A stretch of 48,043 bases of DNA from Desulfobacterales bacterium (GCA_030611985.1 JAUWOS010000001.1:1-48043); one strand, 5' to 3'; counted from the stretch's first letter, positions 1-10,111 are shown. A program made the numbers and translations. The notes: generated from the letters alone by a model not told the origin.

Positions 1-153
1 GCGTTCACAGGCACTGCATATGCACGTTTTCAGGGCAACCAACATAGCAACACTATAGTTGATTACCCTGAAAACGCACATCTACAGCACCTGTAAAAGC
101 TTACATGTTGGGAAGCAGCCTTGTTTACTACCAGTTCTCCCGTGAACGGTTAC
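1..153 (+). mobile_element. MITE-A copy (IS66-like ends); left end cut by the window edge
   Basis: Starts GCGTTCACAGGCACTGCATATGCACG and ends CCCGTGAACGGTTAC. Near-identical to the copies at 7225, 46185 and 47796. Confidence 0.8.
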
Positions 154-230
154 AATTAATAGAATATCCGGAATCTTTCACAGCAGGCCGAAAGTAGTTT
201 ACACTTTTGATGGTAATATACCTCAAAAAA

Positions 231-292
231 TATGACTTACGCCATTAGCTTAACAATCCGTTTTTATGCAAAGTTTTACCCCAATACCCAAT
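231..292 (-). repeat. About 62-bp repeat homologous to the sequence directly upstream of thrH (46354-46418)
   Basis: The reverse complement reads GGGTATTGGGGTAAAACTTTGCATAAAAACGGATTGTTAAGCTAATGGCGTAAGTCATA, against GGGATTGGGTTAAACTTTGTATAAAAACGGACTGTTAGGCTAAAAGCTAATAGCACAGGTCATA. Confidence 0.6.
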
Positions 293-294
293 AC

Positions 295-1080
295 CTACAT
301 CCTAACATGCTCAAGACAAACATTTCTTTTAAGCGTAGCTTTTGCCGTCTTTTCAAACTGGTCTGTTATATCTGATGCAAAGAATTTGCACTTTCCATTT
401 TTACCCAGCAAATTGTCGACTTCGGCATGACTTTTCAGGAAACTTCCTATCTTTTCTGCGACGGACACAGAAGAATCTATAATATTTACTCTCTTCCCGA
501 TTTTTCTTTGTATAACCTCTTTTAAGAGCGGATAATGTGTGCATCCAAGAATGAGCGTATCTATCTGTCTGACCTTTAAATAGTGCAGATATTTTTTAAC
601 TATCATTGCTGTTTCAGGCTTCTTGAGCCACCCCTCTTCCACTAATGGAACAAGAAGTGGACAGGCTGCCGAATAAACCTTCGCTTTACGATTAATTTTC
701 ATGATTTTTTTTTCGTAAATGCCGCTATTTATTGTAGCGCGTGTTCCAATAACCCCGATTCTGAATTTTTTGGAAGTTTTAATCGAAAGTTCTACAGCCG
801 GAGTTATAACTTCAAATATCGGAATATCAAATCGTTTGACCATGCTTTCGGTTGCAACGCTTGAAGCTGTATTGCACGCCATTACAATAATTTTTGCGCC
901 CTTGCTTAAAAGAAAATCCGTATTCTGAAGAGCATACTTAACAACTGTTTCAGAACTTTTATTTCCATAGGGAGTACGAGCCGTATCGCCAAAGTATATG
1001 ATATCATAACCTGGGAGCTGATCTATAATAGCTCGCACAACAGTAAGCCCACCTATTCCTGAATCAAATATTCCTATCAT
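295..1080 (-). CDS. murI: glutamate racemase
   Basis: 261-aa ORF with N-terminal IGIFDSGIGGLTV and the two catalytic Cys regions ACNTAS and GCTHYPLL. Confidence 0.9.
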   Translation of the reverse strand: MIGIFDSGIGGLTVVRAIIDQLPGYDIIYFGDTARTPYGNKSSETVVKYALQNTDFLLSKGAKIIVMACNTASSVATESMVKRFDIPIFEVITPAVELSIKTSKKFRIGVIGTRATINSGIYEKKIMKINRKAKVYSAACPLLVPLVEEGWLKKPETAMIVKKYLHYLKVRQIDTLILGCTHYPLLKEVIQRKIGKRVNIIDSSVSVAEKIGSFLKSHAEVDNLLGKNGKCKFFASDITDQFEKTAKATLKRNVCLEHVRM

Positions 1081-1140
1081 GGCATAATAACTTTATAGTG
1101 TTCACAAAAAAGATTTTCCATTCCCTGCATCCTTTTTTTT

Positions 1141-1297
1141 GTAACCGTTCACCGAAGAACCAGTAGCACAACAAGACTACTTCTCAACATGTAAGCTTTT
1201 ACAGGTGCTGTAGATGTGCGTTTTCAGAGCAATCAACTATAGTCTGCTATGTTGATTGCTCTGAAAACGTGCATATGCAGTGCCTGTGAACGCTTAC
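1141..1297 (-). mobile_element. MITE-A copy, full length
   Basis: GTAACCGTTCACCGAAGAAC...CCTGTGAACGCTTAC. Flanked by the near-identical 10-mers CCTTTTTTTT and CCTTTTTTTC. Contains the prmC stop codon. Confidence 0.8.
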
Positions 1298-2199
1298 CCT
1301 TTTTTTCTCATTCGAACTACACGATAGTAACCGCTGTAATCTTTTGTAAAAACAACATGTTCATAATTACCGCTTTTGTCGATAATCTTTTGAACATCAT
1401 CTTTCTGATCATGGCCTATTTCCAATAGCAGACATCCATCTTGTGTTAGATAAATATGTGCGTTGCAAATAATATATCTCAGGCTGCAAAGACCATCTTC
1501 ACCACCATCAAGAGCCATGCGGGGTTCATATCTGTAAATTTCAGGCTCAAGCTTATCTATAGTTCGGGTTTGAATATAAGGAGGATTCGATATAATCATA
1601 TCGAATAAATGTGTTTTATTCTTTAACGGTGTAAGCCAATCACCGGAAAAGAAATTGATTGTTTCATCAAGATTATGACATTTTGCATTAAGTAAAGCCA
1701 GTTTGACGGCTTTTATTGAACGATCAGATGCAAAAAAAATATTTCCTTTGCGCTTTGATGCAAGAGCAAGAATTATAGCTCCGGATCCTGTGCCAAGTTC
1801 CAATATGCGTTTTAGCTTGAAGCCACTGCTTGAATCATCCGGAAAAAGAGAAATTGCCGCCTCAATCAGGCATTCAGTCTCAGGTCGCGGGATCAGAACA
1901 TCTTTTGTAACAGCAAGATCCAATGACCAAAATTCCTTTATGCCAACAATATATGCAACGGGCTCCCTTGCCAGCCTCCTTTTTATCAGTGTCTTGAACA
2001 GCGACAGCTCATTGCTGTAAAGCGGCTGATCGTACCGTAGATAGAGATCTATTCTTCTTGATTTTAAGGTATGCGCAAGAAGTATTTCAGCTGTGGCTCT
2101 CGGGCTGTCTATGTTATGTGATTTGAAATAAGAAGTTGTCCACTTGAGAAGCTTAAGAATAGTCCATTCAGGACTTTTAGGCTTTAATTGATTCTGCAT
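1294..2199 (-). CDS. prmC: peptide chain release factor N5-glutamine methyltransferase
   Basis: SAM-binding motif LELGTGSGAI and NPPY motif (ISNPPYI). Lies directly downstream of prfA. Confidence 0.9.
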   Translation of the reverse strand: MQNQLKPKSPEWTILKLLKWTTSYFKSHNIDSPRATAEILLAHTLKSRRIDLYLRYDQPLYSNELSLFKTLIKRRLAREPVAYIVGIKEFWSLDLAVTKDVLIPRPETECLIEAAISLFPDDSSSGFKLKRILELGTGSGAIILALASKRKGNIFFASDRSIKAVKLALLNAKCHNLDETINFFSGDWLTPLKNKTHLFDMIISNPPYIQTRTIDKLEPEIYRYEPRMALDGGEDGLCSLRYIICNAHIYLTQDGCLLLEIGHDQKDDVQKIIDKSGNYEHVVFTKDYSGYYRVVRMRKKG

Positions 2200-2265
2200 T
2201 TTTATAACATATATAATTTTTGGAGCAACACGGAAAACGGGCCAAAAGACAAGCGAAACAGGAAA

Positions 2266-3333
2266 TTATTTATTTTCATGCCCTAATGCCTGAGTCTGAT
2301 AAAATGTCGTAAGCTCGTCTATTATGTGATCTATATCACCTTGCAAAATACTTTCCAGTTTATAAAGGGTAAGTCCGATCCGGTGGTCGGAAACCCTTCC
2401 CTGCGGAAAATTATAAGTCCTTATCCTTCCGCTCCTGTCTCCACTTCCTATCTGGCTTTTCCGTTCTTGCGATCTTTTCTCATTCTCCTCCATAACCATT
2501 TTATCAAAAAGACGAGCTCGCAGCACTTTCATGGCCTTATTTTTGTTTTTAAGCTGTGATTTTTCATCCTGACATGTAACCACAAGACCTGTAGGAAAAT
2601 GAGTAACGCGCACTGCTGAATCGGTTGTATTTACGCTTTGTCCTCCCGGACCGCTTGAGCGATATACATCAACTTTAATATCAATCGGGTCAATACGAAT
2701 TTCAACATCCTCGGCCTCCGGCAGGACTGCTACAGTTACAGCGGAAGTATGTATTCTTCCCTGAGCCTCGGTTTCCGGAACGCGCTGAACACGATGAATA
2801 CCGCTTTCATATTTAAAGCGACTATATGCCCCCTTGCCATGAATCATCGCAATAATCTCTTTTAAACCACCAACACCAGTTGCATGATGACTCATTACTT
2901 CCACTTTCCAGTTTTTGCTTTCTGCATATCTGGTGTACATCCTGAAAAGATCACTTGTAAACAAGCCAGCTTCCTCACCGCCCGTACCGGCCCGTATTTC
3001 AACTATAACATTCTTGTCGTCAAGTGGATCCTTGGGCACAAGAAGCCTCTTGAGATCGTTTTCAAGGTGTTCTTTTTGAGTGGTAAGAGAATTAATATCA
3101 TCTCTGGCTAAATCTATTATATCAGGGTCTCCATCCTTTAACAACTCCTCGCTGTCGTCAAGATCTTTCAGTATCTGCTCGTATGTCCTGAAAACCGTTA
3201 CAATCTTGTCAAGGTCGGCATGTTCCTTGCTGAGCTTCTGGTATGCATCCCTATCAGCAACGATCTTTGGATCACTCAAAAGCCTTTCAACTTCTAAAAA
3301 ACGCTTTTCAACTCCTTTTAGTTTATTAAACAT
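2266..3333 (-). CDS. prfA: peptide chain release factor 1
   Basis: GGQ motif ([11 protein letters not shown]) and an RF-1 type domain layout, 355 aa. Confidence 0.95.
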   Translation of the reverse strand: MFNKLKGVEKRFLEVERLLSDPKIVADRDAYQKLSKEHADLDKIVTVFRTYEQILKDLDDSEELLKDGDPDIIDLARDDINSLTTQKEHLENDLKRLLVPKDPLDDKNVIVEIRAGTGGEEAGLFTSDLFRMYTRYAESKNWKVEVMSHHATGVGGLKEIIAMIHGKGAYSRFKYESGIHRVQRVPETEAQGRIHTSAVTVAVLPEAEDVEIRIDPIDIKVDVYRSSGPGGQSVNTTDSAVRVTHFPTGLVVTCQDEKSQLKNKNKAMKVLRARLFDKMVMEENEKRSQERKSQIGSGDRSGRIRTYNFPQGRVSDHRIGLTLYKLESILQGDIDHIIDELTTFYQTQALGHENK

Positions 3334-3353
3334 GAATCATATTACCTGTTTTT

Positions 3354-3572
3354 AGGAACGTGGACGAATTAACTTCATCAAGTAGGCACACAGATTTGGG
3401 TCGGATTTGCCCAATCTCAAATCCGATCTTGAATCACAAAAGTTGAAGGAATAGCTTAGCTATTTTGATGCTTTTGGGATTTGAGCCCTGCTTTGAGCCC
3501 TGATTTGAGATAGGAGCAAAAGCGGCCTGAAGCTGTGATGCATAGTTGGGGAAGTTATTTCGTTTAGCGCCT
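3354..3572. mobile_element. MITE-B full copy (beta arm at left, alpha arm at right, right inverted repeat decayed)
   Basis: AGGAACGTGGACGAATTAACTTC...central AATAGCTTAGCTATT...GGCCTGAAGCTGTGATGCATAGTTGGGGAAGTTATTTCGTTTAGCGCCT. Confidence 0.75.
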
Positions 3573-3580
3573 TTCATATG

Positions 3581-3650
3581 AAAAAACGGGGATGGAATAA
3601 CTTTCACAACTATGATGTATAGTTGTGAAAATTGTTTCGTCCCCGTTTCT
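3581..3650 (-). terminator. intrinsic terminator downstream of rpmE, built from a palindromised MITE-B alpha-arm-like sequence
   Basis: The minus strand reads AAACGGGGACGAAACAATTTTCACAACTAT-loop-ATAGTTGTGAAAGTTATTCCATCCCCGTTT followed by TTTTTT. It lies about 60 nt after the rpmE stop. Confidence 0.6.
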
Positions 3651-3711
3651 TACTTTATTTTTGGACGAAGCTGGAGCCTTCCTGAAAAAGTGTAAATCGG
3701 CAAATGAAGAA

Positions 3712-3927
3712 TTACTTTGCTACGTTCTGAAATTTTGCATACTTCCTGCGAAAACGCTCAATTCGACCGGCAGTATCTATAAGTTTCTGCTTGCCTGTAA
3801 AAAAAGGATGGCATTTTGAACAGATTTCAACTCGAATATCCGATTTTGTCGAACCAACTTCAACAACATTTCCACATGCACATTTTATAGATGTCTCAAA
3901 ATACTCTGGATGAATGTCGGCTTTCAT
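3712..3927 (-). CDS. rpmE: 50S ribosomal protein L31
   Basis: 71 aa, MKADIHPEY..., with Zn-ribbon Cys pairs ([15 protein letters not shown]). Confidence 0.95.
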   Translation of the reverse strand: MKADIHPEYFETSIKCACGNVVEVGSTKSDIRVEICSKCHPFFTGKQKLIDTAGRIERFRRKYAKFQNVAK

Positions 3928-3954
3928 ATTTTTTCAATCTCCTGTTTGTTTACG

Positions 3955-3977
3955 AATAAAAATTTCCCAAACGATTT
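3955..3977 (+). repeat. MITE-C terminal fragment
   Basis: AATAAAAATTTCCCAAACGATTT matches the MITE-C inverted repeat (25679-25699). It abuts the MITE-B solo terminus. Confidence 0.55.
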
Positions 3978-4023
3978 AGGAACGTGGACGAATTAACTTT
4001 CACAAGTAGGCGCATAGATTTGG
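3978..4023 (+). repeat. MITE-B solo terminus (beta type)
   Basis: AGGAACGTGGACGAATTAACTTTCACAAGTAGGCGCATAGATTTGG. Confidence 0.8.
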
Positions 4024-4169
4024 AAATAAAAAATATACCAGAATTGCGCAGGATTTTTGTTCATCTTCAAGACATAGCTGAAAACACATAGCAAGGGCTA
4101 TGTAACGAAAACAGAAACGTCGAAGAAAGGCAAAAAGACAAGCAAGATGATATATTCTTTATTTCCAGA

Positions 4170-5417
4170 TTATGCGTTCATAGATTCTAAAAAGCTTTTA
4201 TTATCTTTTGTTTTACCTATTTTTTCAAGCAAAAATTCTATACTGTCAGCAGGATTTAATGAAAAAAGAAGTTTTCTTAATATCCATACACGATTAAGGG
4301 TTTCAGCATCCAGAAGCAGATCTTCTTTCCTGGTGCCTGATTTCTTAATATCAAATGCAGGAAACAATCGTCTATCTGCAAGCCTGCGATCTAACTGAAT
4401 CTCCATGTTGCCCGTACCCTTAAATTCTTCAAAGATAACTTCGTCCATACGACTTCCCGTATCAACAAGAGCAGTTGCAATAATAGTCAGACTTCCTCCC
4501 TCTTCAATATTTCTGGCAGCTCCAAAAAAACGTTTTGGACGCTGAAGCGCATTTGAATCAACTCCTCCGGAAAGAATTTTTCCACTGGGAGGCATAACGG
4601 AATTATAGGCACGCGCAAGCCTGGTTACACTATCCAGAAGAACAACGACATCTTTTTTATGTTCCACTAGCCTTTTTGCCTTTTCAATAACCATTTCAGC
4701 TACTTGAATATGTCTTTCAGAAGGTTCATCAAATGTAGAACTTATAACTTCCGCCTTGACCGAACGCTCCATATCCGTAACTTCTTCCGGTCGCTCATCA
4801 ATAAGCAGAACAAAAGGAATAATATCTTTATGATTCCTGATAATGCTGTTGGCAATATTTTGCAGCAGCATCGTCTTTCCTGACCTGGGAGGCGAAACTA
4901 TTAATCCTCTCTGACCAAAACCGATTGGAATCATAAGATCCATTATTCGTGTAGAATAATTATCAGGATCCGTTTCAAGATTCACTTTCCTGTTGGGATA
5001 AAGCGCCGTCAGGTTATCAAAGAGTATCTTGTCTCTGGCCAGTTCCGGATCTTCATAGTTGACAGCCTCAACCTTTAACAGAGCAAAATATCGTTCAGAT
5101 TCCTTTGGCTTGCGAATCTGTCCTGATACCGTATCTCCGGTTCCCAGATTAAAACGACGTATCTGCGAAGGCGACACATAAATATCGTCTGGGCCAGGCA
5201 GGTAATTATAACTGGGAGATCTTAAAAATCCAAATCCATCAGGTAGTATTTCCAGCGTGCCTTCTCCGAATATCAAACCATTTTTCTCAATCTGTGCCTG
5301 GAGCAAAGCAAAAATAAGTTCCTGTTTTCTCATCCCGGCAGCTCCGTCAATTTTGAAATCTTTTGCCATTTGGGCCAGGTCGCTTATATTCATGTTTTTA
5401 AATTCAACTATGTTCAT
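4170..5417 (-). CDS. rho: transcription termination factor Rho
   Basis: Rho N-terminal and cold-shock-like RNA-binding region, Walker A PPRSGKT, 415 aa. Confidence 0.95.
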   Translation of the reverse strand: MNIVEFKNMNISDLAQMAKDFKIDGAAGMRKQELIFALLQAQIEKNGLIFGEGTLEILPDGFGFLRSPSYNYLPGPDDIYVSPSQIRRFNLGTGDTVSGQIRKPKESERYFALLKVEAVNYEDPELARDKILFDNLTALYPNRKVNLETDPDNYSTRIMDLMIPIGFGQRGLIVSPPRSGKTMLLQNIANSIIRNHKDIIPFVLLIDERPEEVTDMERSVKAEVISSTFDEPSERHIQVAEMVIEKAKRLVEHKKDVVVLLDSVTRLARAYNSVMPPSGKILSGGVDSNALQRPKRFFGAARNIEEGGSLTIIATALVDTGSRMDEVIFEEFKGTGNMEIQLDRRLADRRLFPAFDIKKSGTRKEDLLLDAETLNRVWILRKLLFSLNPADSIEFLLEKIGKTKDNKSFLESMNA

Positions 5418-5524
5418 TAAACAATTACCTCACTTAACTTAACTTTATTTTTTGATTTTTTTATTGCATGTGAAATTATAAAATTATATTTTGCTTTGTT
5501 TCGCTATGGCTTACAAGAATTATC

Positions 5525-5716
5525 AGGAACGTGGACGAAATAACTTTCCCGAACAGATGCATGGATTTTGGTTGGATTTGTTTGATCTCAGATCACAAAA
5601 GTTGAAGGGATAGCAAGATTTTGATACTTTTGGGATTTGAAATCGGATTTTAGATTGGGCAAATGTGGCCTAAAGCTATGATGTATGGTTAGTGAAGTTA
5701 TTTCATCAACGTTCCT
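5525..5716. mobile_element. MITE-B full copy (beta arm left, alpha arm right)
   Basis: AGGAACGTGGACGAAATAACTTTCC...GGGATAGC...GTGAAGTTATTTCATCAACGTTCCT. Confidence 0.8.
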
Positions 5717-6034
5717 TAATCAGATTAACCAAACCGGACTCAAAAACAAGTGCAAAAACGCGAACTTAAAGGGCTCAGAAAAAATAAATTGCTCAAGATA
5801 ACGCTCATATTTAGTATTTGAACGAAAACTCCGTTCAAACACATTTTTGAATTTTTGGTAAGGAACAAGCTTCGCCCCCCCCAGAAAAACAGGCTTCGCA
5901 TTTCACGCGGTAAACATTCCACGGGGCGCGGGAATAGTCGTTCTATTTCGAGGACTTTTCGATTGAGGATCGGATTAAATACGGCCTGAAGAGGAGATGC
6001 TGAATTGGGTAATTTATTTTTTTCCAAGTTTCTC

Positions 6035-6228
6035 AGAAACGTGAACGAAATAATTTCATCAACTATGCATCATAGATTCAGGCCGCCTTTGCTCAATCTA
6101 AAATCCGATTTCAAATCCCAAAAGTATCAAAATAGCTCGCTATTCCTTCAACTTTTGTGATTCAAGATCGGGCAAATTCGACCTGAATCTATGCGCTTAC
6201 TTGTTGAAGTTAATTCATCCACGTTCCT
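6035..6228. mobile_element. MITE-B full copy (alpha arm left, beta arm right)
   Basis: AGAAACGTGAACGAAATAATTTCATCAACTATGCATCATAG...AATAGCTCGCTATT...TTGTTGAAGTTAATTCATCCACGTTCCT. Confidence 0.8.
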
Positions 6229-6522
6229 TAATTTTGAGCAAGTCCATATCCTGTCAAAAAAGAAATTTTTATACAATCAATCACATGATACAGTTGATCT
6301 TATTTGTGCCTTCATACGGGTAATTAACGGACCGGATACATGTTGAATTATGAAGAAATATGATTCTCAAAGGTCTCTATGTGGATTGAGTCCGCCAGAG
6401 ATATTCAGCGGAGGCAAAGAAGAAGAAAGCGTTTTTCAAGGATCTCACTTTTACAAGCAGGCAGGCTTAACACCTCAGTTAACACATAAATGTTGCACAT
6501 TATACTATGTTTTTTTTGCGTG

Positions 6523-7188
6523 TCAAGTACTTTTGATTCTTTTTGCATATTCTTGAAAAAATTTTTCGCAAACAGAGTCAACGGAGTTTATTAGATACTC
6601 AATTGAACCATCATTTTTTATCACAAAATCGGCGCGTTTAACTTTTTCTTTATCAGACATTTGAATATTCAAAAGAGCTTTGGCATCATTGCAGGAAACC
6701 CCGTCACGTTCCATAAGTCTTTTAACCTTTAATTCATAGTCAGCGCTTATCACTACAACCACATCAAACATATCCTCCATGTCAAGTTCAAAAAGAAGCG
6801 GAACCTCCACAGCCACAACAGGGGTGCCGGCATTTTCCGCTTTAGTTATCTTCAACTGCATGATATGTATTATTTCAGAGTGTACAAACCGTTCCAGATA
6901 TCTTCGCGCAACTTCATCTCTTATAATAATGTGGCGCAACATTCGACGATTCAAAAAACCATCATCTTCTAATACTTTTTTTCCAAAATAATTAACAATA
7001 TTTTTGTAAGCAGGCGAACCCTGTCTAACGGCTTCTCTTGCCAGAACATCGGAGCTGATAACCCTTACTCCCAACTCTTTTAACCGGTTGCAAACAGAAG
7101 TTTTTCCTGAACAGGCGCCTCCTGCAATCGCAACCTTCACAGATGGTGATGCAGGTTTTGCCTGCCGGTTTTCCTTAGCAAAGTTCAT
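6523..7188 (-). CDS. coaE: dephospho-CoA kinase
   Basis: P-loop IAGGACSGKTS and CoaE-like length. The start was trimmed to ATG 7188 because the longer ORF runs into MITE-A. Confidence 0.85.
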   Translation of the reverse strand: MNFAKENRQAKPASPSVKVAIAGGACSGKTSVCNRLKELGVRVISSDVLAREAVRQGSPAYKNIVNYFGKKVLEDDGFLNRRMLRHIIIRDEVARRYLERFVHSEIIHIMQLKITKAENAGTPVVAVEVPLLFELDMEDMFDVVVVISADYELKVKRLMERDGVSCNDAKALLNIQMSDKEKVKRADFVIKNDGSIEYLINSVDSVCEKFFQEYAKRIKST

Positions 7189-7224
7189 TGTAAAAATTCC
7201 TGCTTTAAAAGGATTAATCTCATC

Positions 7225-7383
7225 GTAAGCATTCACAGGCACTGCATATGCACGTTTTCAGGGCAACCAACATAGCAAATCTATAGTTGATTGTCTAAGA
7301 AAACGTGCATCTACAGCACCTGTAAAAGCTTACATGTTGGGAAGTAGCCTTGTTGTGCTACCGATTCTCCCGTGAACGGTTAC
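7225..7383 (+). mobile_element. MITE-A copy, full length, with an exact 8-bp target duplication
   Basis: GTAAGCATTCACAGG...CCCGTGAACGGTTAC. ATCTCATC is present at 7217-7224 and again at 7384-7391. Confidence 0.85.
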
Positions 7384-7435
7384 ATCTCATCAGGATTAAT
7401 CGCATAATGAGTTTTCAAATTTCTGTTATAAAAAA

Positions 7436-8821
7436 ATGATTCAAATACCAAAAAATATTAATATCATTCCAAAAACAAAAGGCGCATATATTGTCGGAGG
7501 TTCAATCAGAGACCTTGTTCTCGGTCGATCTCCAACTGACTATGATATCACTGTTCTGGGAAATCCGGAAGAATTTGCAAAAAAGATAGCCGCAAACACA
7601 TCGGGGCATCTTGTTGAAATAGGAAAACCGGAACAGATGGTAATACGGGTGGTCTCGGATGACAACATCTTTGATATATCATCTGCAAATAGCCAATCTA
7701 TCGAAGACAACCTTAATAAAAGAGATTTTACAATAAACGCCATAGCTTACTCCTTATATTCAGGAAAAATTATCGACTGTCTGGACGGCATGCAGGATCT
7801 TGCCGATAAAAAAATTCGCATGGTTTCAAAAGAAATTTTCAGGAAAGACCCGATCCGCCTGATGAGAGCTTTCAGAATGGAAGCATCTTTAAACTTCGAA
7901 ATCGAACCACAAACAGTTTCCGCTATAAAAAATGATGCAAATCTTATACAAAATTCGGCTGGAGAACGAATCAGAACAGAACTTTTCAAGATACTTCCAA
8001 CGTCGAAATCACATTATTGTATTTCCGGAATGGCCGATACAGGTCTTTTAACTGCTATTTTCCCTGAACTTGGCAAGTTGCAAGGATGCTCTCAAAACAG
8101 ATACCATCTCTACGATATTTTTGAACATACGATGAAAGCTTATTATCATCTTGAAACAATGCTTAATAATAAATTTCCACCGGAAATTTATCAAGATATC
8201 AATAAAAACAAAGCAGCTCTTCTTAAATATGCAATACTGCTGCATGATATCGGAAAAGCTTCAGCAAAAACAGTTGATAGCAGGGGAAACATTCATTTCT
8301 ATGGTCATGGCCAAAAAGGCGCCGACATGGCAAAAGAGATAAATAAAAGACTGAAGCTTTCAACCCGTGAAACATGTTATGTTGATTTTATTATCCGCAA
8401 CCATATAAGAGCATTATTTCTTTTTACGGCCCACAAGAAAAAGACATTAACGCGAAAAAGTTTAACGCGTTTTTTTATAAAATGCGGCGACAATACCTCT
8501 GATTTGCTGCTTCATACTATTGCAGACATTAAAGGAAAAGGAAATAAAGAAAATGAAAGGAATAAAGCATTCATAGAGTTTGCAAAAGAGATTCTTCATG
8601 ATTTTTTTTCAGGCTTTAAGCCGATAGCCAAAAAATCTCCTTTTATAACGGGATATGATCTTATTGATAAATTCGGGCTAACCCCATCACCCACGTTTAA
8701 GACAATTCTCAGCTATGTAAAAGAAGCAAGGCTATCTGGAAAAATCAAAAACAGGCAAGAAGCCTTAAAGCTGGTAGAAAAAATAATAAAAAACTGTAAT
8801 CGTTCACAGAAGAACCGGTAG
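7436..8821 (+). CDS. cca: CCA-adding tRNA nucleotidyltransferase (poly(A) polymerase family head plus HD domain)
   Basis: Nucleotidyltransferase motif GGSIRDLVLGRSPTDYDI, RDFTINA, and an HD region LLHDIGK. The last 8 or so codons and the stop lie in a MITE-A copy. Confidence 0.8.
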   Translation: MIQIPKNINIIPKTKGAYIVGGSIRDLVLGRSPTDYDITVLGNPEEFAKKIAANTSGHLVEIGKPEQMVIRVVSDDNIFDISSANSQSIEDNLNKRDFTINAIAYSLYSGKIIDCLDGMQDLADKKIRMVSKEIFRKDPIRLMRAFRMEASLNFEIEPQTVSAIKNDANLIQNSAGERIRTELFKILPTSKSHYCISGMADTGLLTAIFPELGKLQGCSQNRYHLYDIFEHTMKAYYHLETMLNNKFPPEIYQDINKNKAALLKYAILLHDIGKASAKTVDSRGNIHFYGHGQKGADMAKEINKRLKLSTRETCYVDFIIRNHIRALFLFTAHKKKTLTRKSLTRFFIKCGDNTSDLLLHTIADIKGKGNKENERNKAFIEFAKEILHDFFSGFKPIAKKSPFITGYDLIDKFGLTPSPTFKTILSYVKEARLSGKIKNRQEALKLVEKIIKNCNRSQKNR

Positions 8822-8899
8822 TATAACAAGGCTACTTCCCAACATGTAAGCGTTCACAGGCGCTGAAAACGTGCATATGCAGCGCCTGTGAACGCTTAC
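8796..8899 (-). mobile_element. MITE-A deletion derivative (short perfect hairpin version)
   Basis: GTAATCGTTCACAGAAGAACCGGTAG...GTAAGCGTTCACAGGCGCTG-N14-CAGCGCCTGTGAACGCTTAC. No target duplication visible. Confidence 0.7.
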
Positions 8900-8913
8900 G
8901 TTTAAACAAAGTA

Positions 8914-8958
8914 AGGAACGTGGACGAAATAACTTCCGCAACTATGCATCACAGCTTA
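8914..8958 (+). repeat. MITE-B solo terminus (alpha type)
   Basis: AGGAACGTGGACGAAATAACTTCCGCAACTATGCATCACAGCTT. Confidence 0.8.
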
Positions 8959-9143
8959 CAATATATTGCAATTATTTTTAAATAGCGAAAGTCAGGCTAA
9001 GCGGTTATTATAACGGCTAATTGCAGTAAACCGAATTAAACAGTTGGGCGTGCAGGTGGTTTGTTTGCGAGTTCTTGTATCAAATATTCAGATAATAAGG
9101 AACATATTGACAATACACATAAAACGTGTTTTGTACAATATTT

Positions 9144-10091
9144 ATGAATCAGGATATTGTGAAACCGAATGTTATTGTGATCTGTGGACCAACAGCGCTG
9201 GGAAAAACATCTGCTGCACTTGAACTCGCCAGTATTTTTAACGGAGAGATTATTGGCGCTGATTCAATGCAGGTATACAGATATATGGATATAGGCACCG
9301 CCAAGCCGACTGCTTGTGAACAGGCTTCTATCCCTCATCATATGATAGATATCGTCGATCCGGATGAATCTTTCAGCGCTATGCAGTACGCAAAAATGGC
9401 TCACAAAGAGATAGCGAAGCTTTATGCGCAGGATATTACACCCTTTGTTGTTGGAGGGACAGGATTTTACATAAAAGCGTTGGCACATGGCCTGTTTATG
9501 TCCAAACCGGTGGATATGGATATTCGAATGCGCTTAAAAGGGGAAGCAGCGATCCATGGAGCAGTCTTTCTTTACGAACGGCTAAGCAAATGCGATCCGG
9601 ATGCAGCGGAAAAAATGCATCCGAATGATACCTATAGAATAATAAGAGCTCTTGAAATATATGAAGCGACTGGAAAGAGTATCTCAAAATATCAAAATGA
9701 ACACGGATTTGCGGACAAGCGATTAAATATTTTGAAAATCGGATTGCATATAAACAGAGACCTTCTTTATAATCGCATTAACCGCAGAGTCGATGCTATG
9801 ATAGAGGCTGGACTTCCTGATGAGGTTAAAGGGCTTCTTGGCATGGGTTATTCTGAAAATCTCAAATCAATGCAGTCCATTGGTTATCGCCACATGGTTA
9901 ATTTTATCACGGGACGTCTTTCGTGGGACGAAGCTTTGCAAACCTTGAAACGAGATACAAGAAGATATGCAAAACGTCAAATGACGTGGTTCAAGGCTGA
10001 TTCAGAAATTGTATGGAAAGAGCCAGACCAATTAAGCGACATTTGCAGTTTAATAAGAAATTTTTGTGAGGAGCATTCAGAAACGAATTGA
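9144..10091 (+). CDS. miaA: tRNA dimethylallyltransferase
   Basis: P-loop ICGPTALGKTS and IPP-transferase-like sequence throughout. Start placed at ATG 9144. Confidence 0.9.
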   Translation: MNQDIVKPNVIVICGPTALGKTSAALELASIFNGEIIGADSMQVYRYMDIGTAKPTACEQASIPHHMIDIVDPDESFSAMQYAKMAHKEIAKLYAQDITPFVVGGTGFYIKALAHGLFMSKPVDMDIRMRLKGEAAIHGAVFLYERLSKCDPDAAEKMHPNDTYRIIRALEIYEATGKSISKYQNEHGFADKRLNILKIGLHINRDLLYNRINRRVDAMIEAGLPDEVKGLLGMGYSENLKSMQSIGYRHMVNFITGRLSWDEALQTLKRDTRRYAKRQMTWFKADSEIVWKEPDQLSDICSLIRNFCEEHSETN

Positions 10092-10111
10092 GTGTAACCA
10101 AAATGAAACAT
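10079..10111 (+). repeat. degenerate MITE-B terminus variant (shares GAGTGTAACCAAAAT with the 23602 copy)
   Basis: AGAAACGAATTGAGTGTAACCAAAATGAAACAT, against AGAAACGTGGACGAAATAACTTGAGTGTAACCAAAATAGAACAT at 23602. Contains the miaA stop. Confidence 0.5.

Noticed and set aside
1-1297. Composite-transposon structure: murI (and likewise hom, 44604-46325) bracketed by inverted MITE-A copies.
   Set aside because: Each flanking copy has its own 8-bp target duplication or near-duplication, for example TGATGAAG around 44604-44761 and ATTTAAAA/ATTTGAAA around 46185-46325. This indicates independent insertions and not mobilisation of the pair as a unit. The bracketed genes are essential housekeeping genes.
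4087-4102. An intrinsic terminator for rho (CATAGC-AAGG-GCTATG, followed on the minus strand by TGTTTTC).
   Set aside because: The stem is only 6 bp and the U-tract is short and interrupted. It is plausible but too weak to annotate.
5740-6027. The 95-aa ORF between the two MITE-B copies upstream of rho, as a protein-coding gene.
   Set aside because: It has no SD, an odd composition, and includes a G8/C8 tract and decayed repeat sequence. It has no recognisable domain. It is better treated as non-coding leader DNA.
6350-6556. The 68-aa plus-strand ORF downstream of coaE.
   Set aside because: It has no RBS and no recognisable domain, and its end overlaps the coaE 3' end in antisense. It is probably non-coding.
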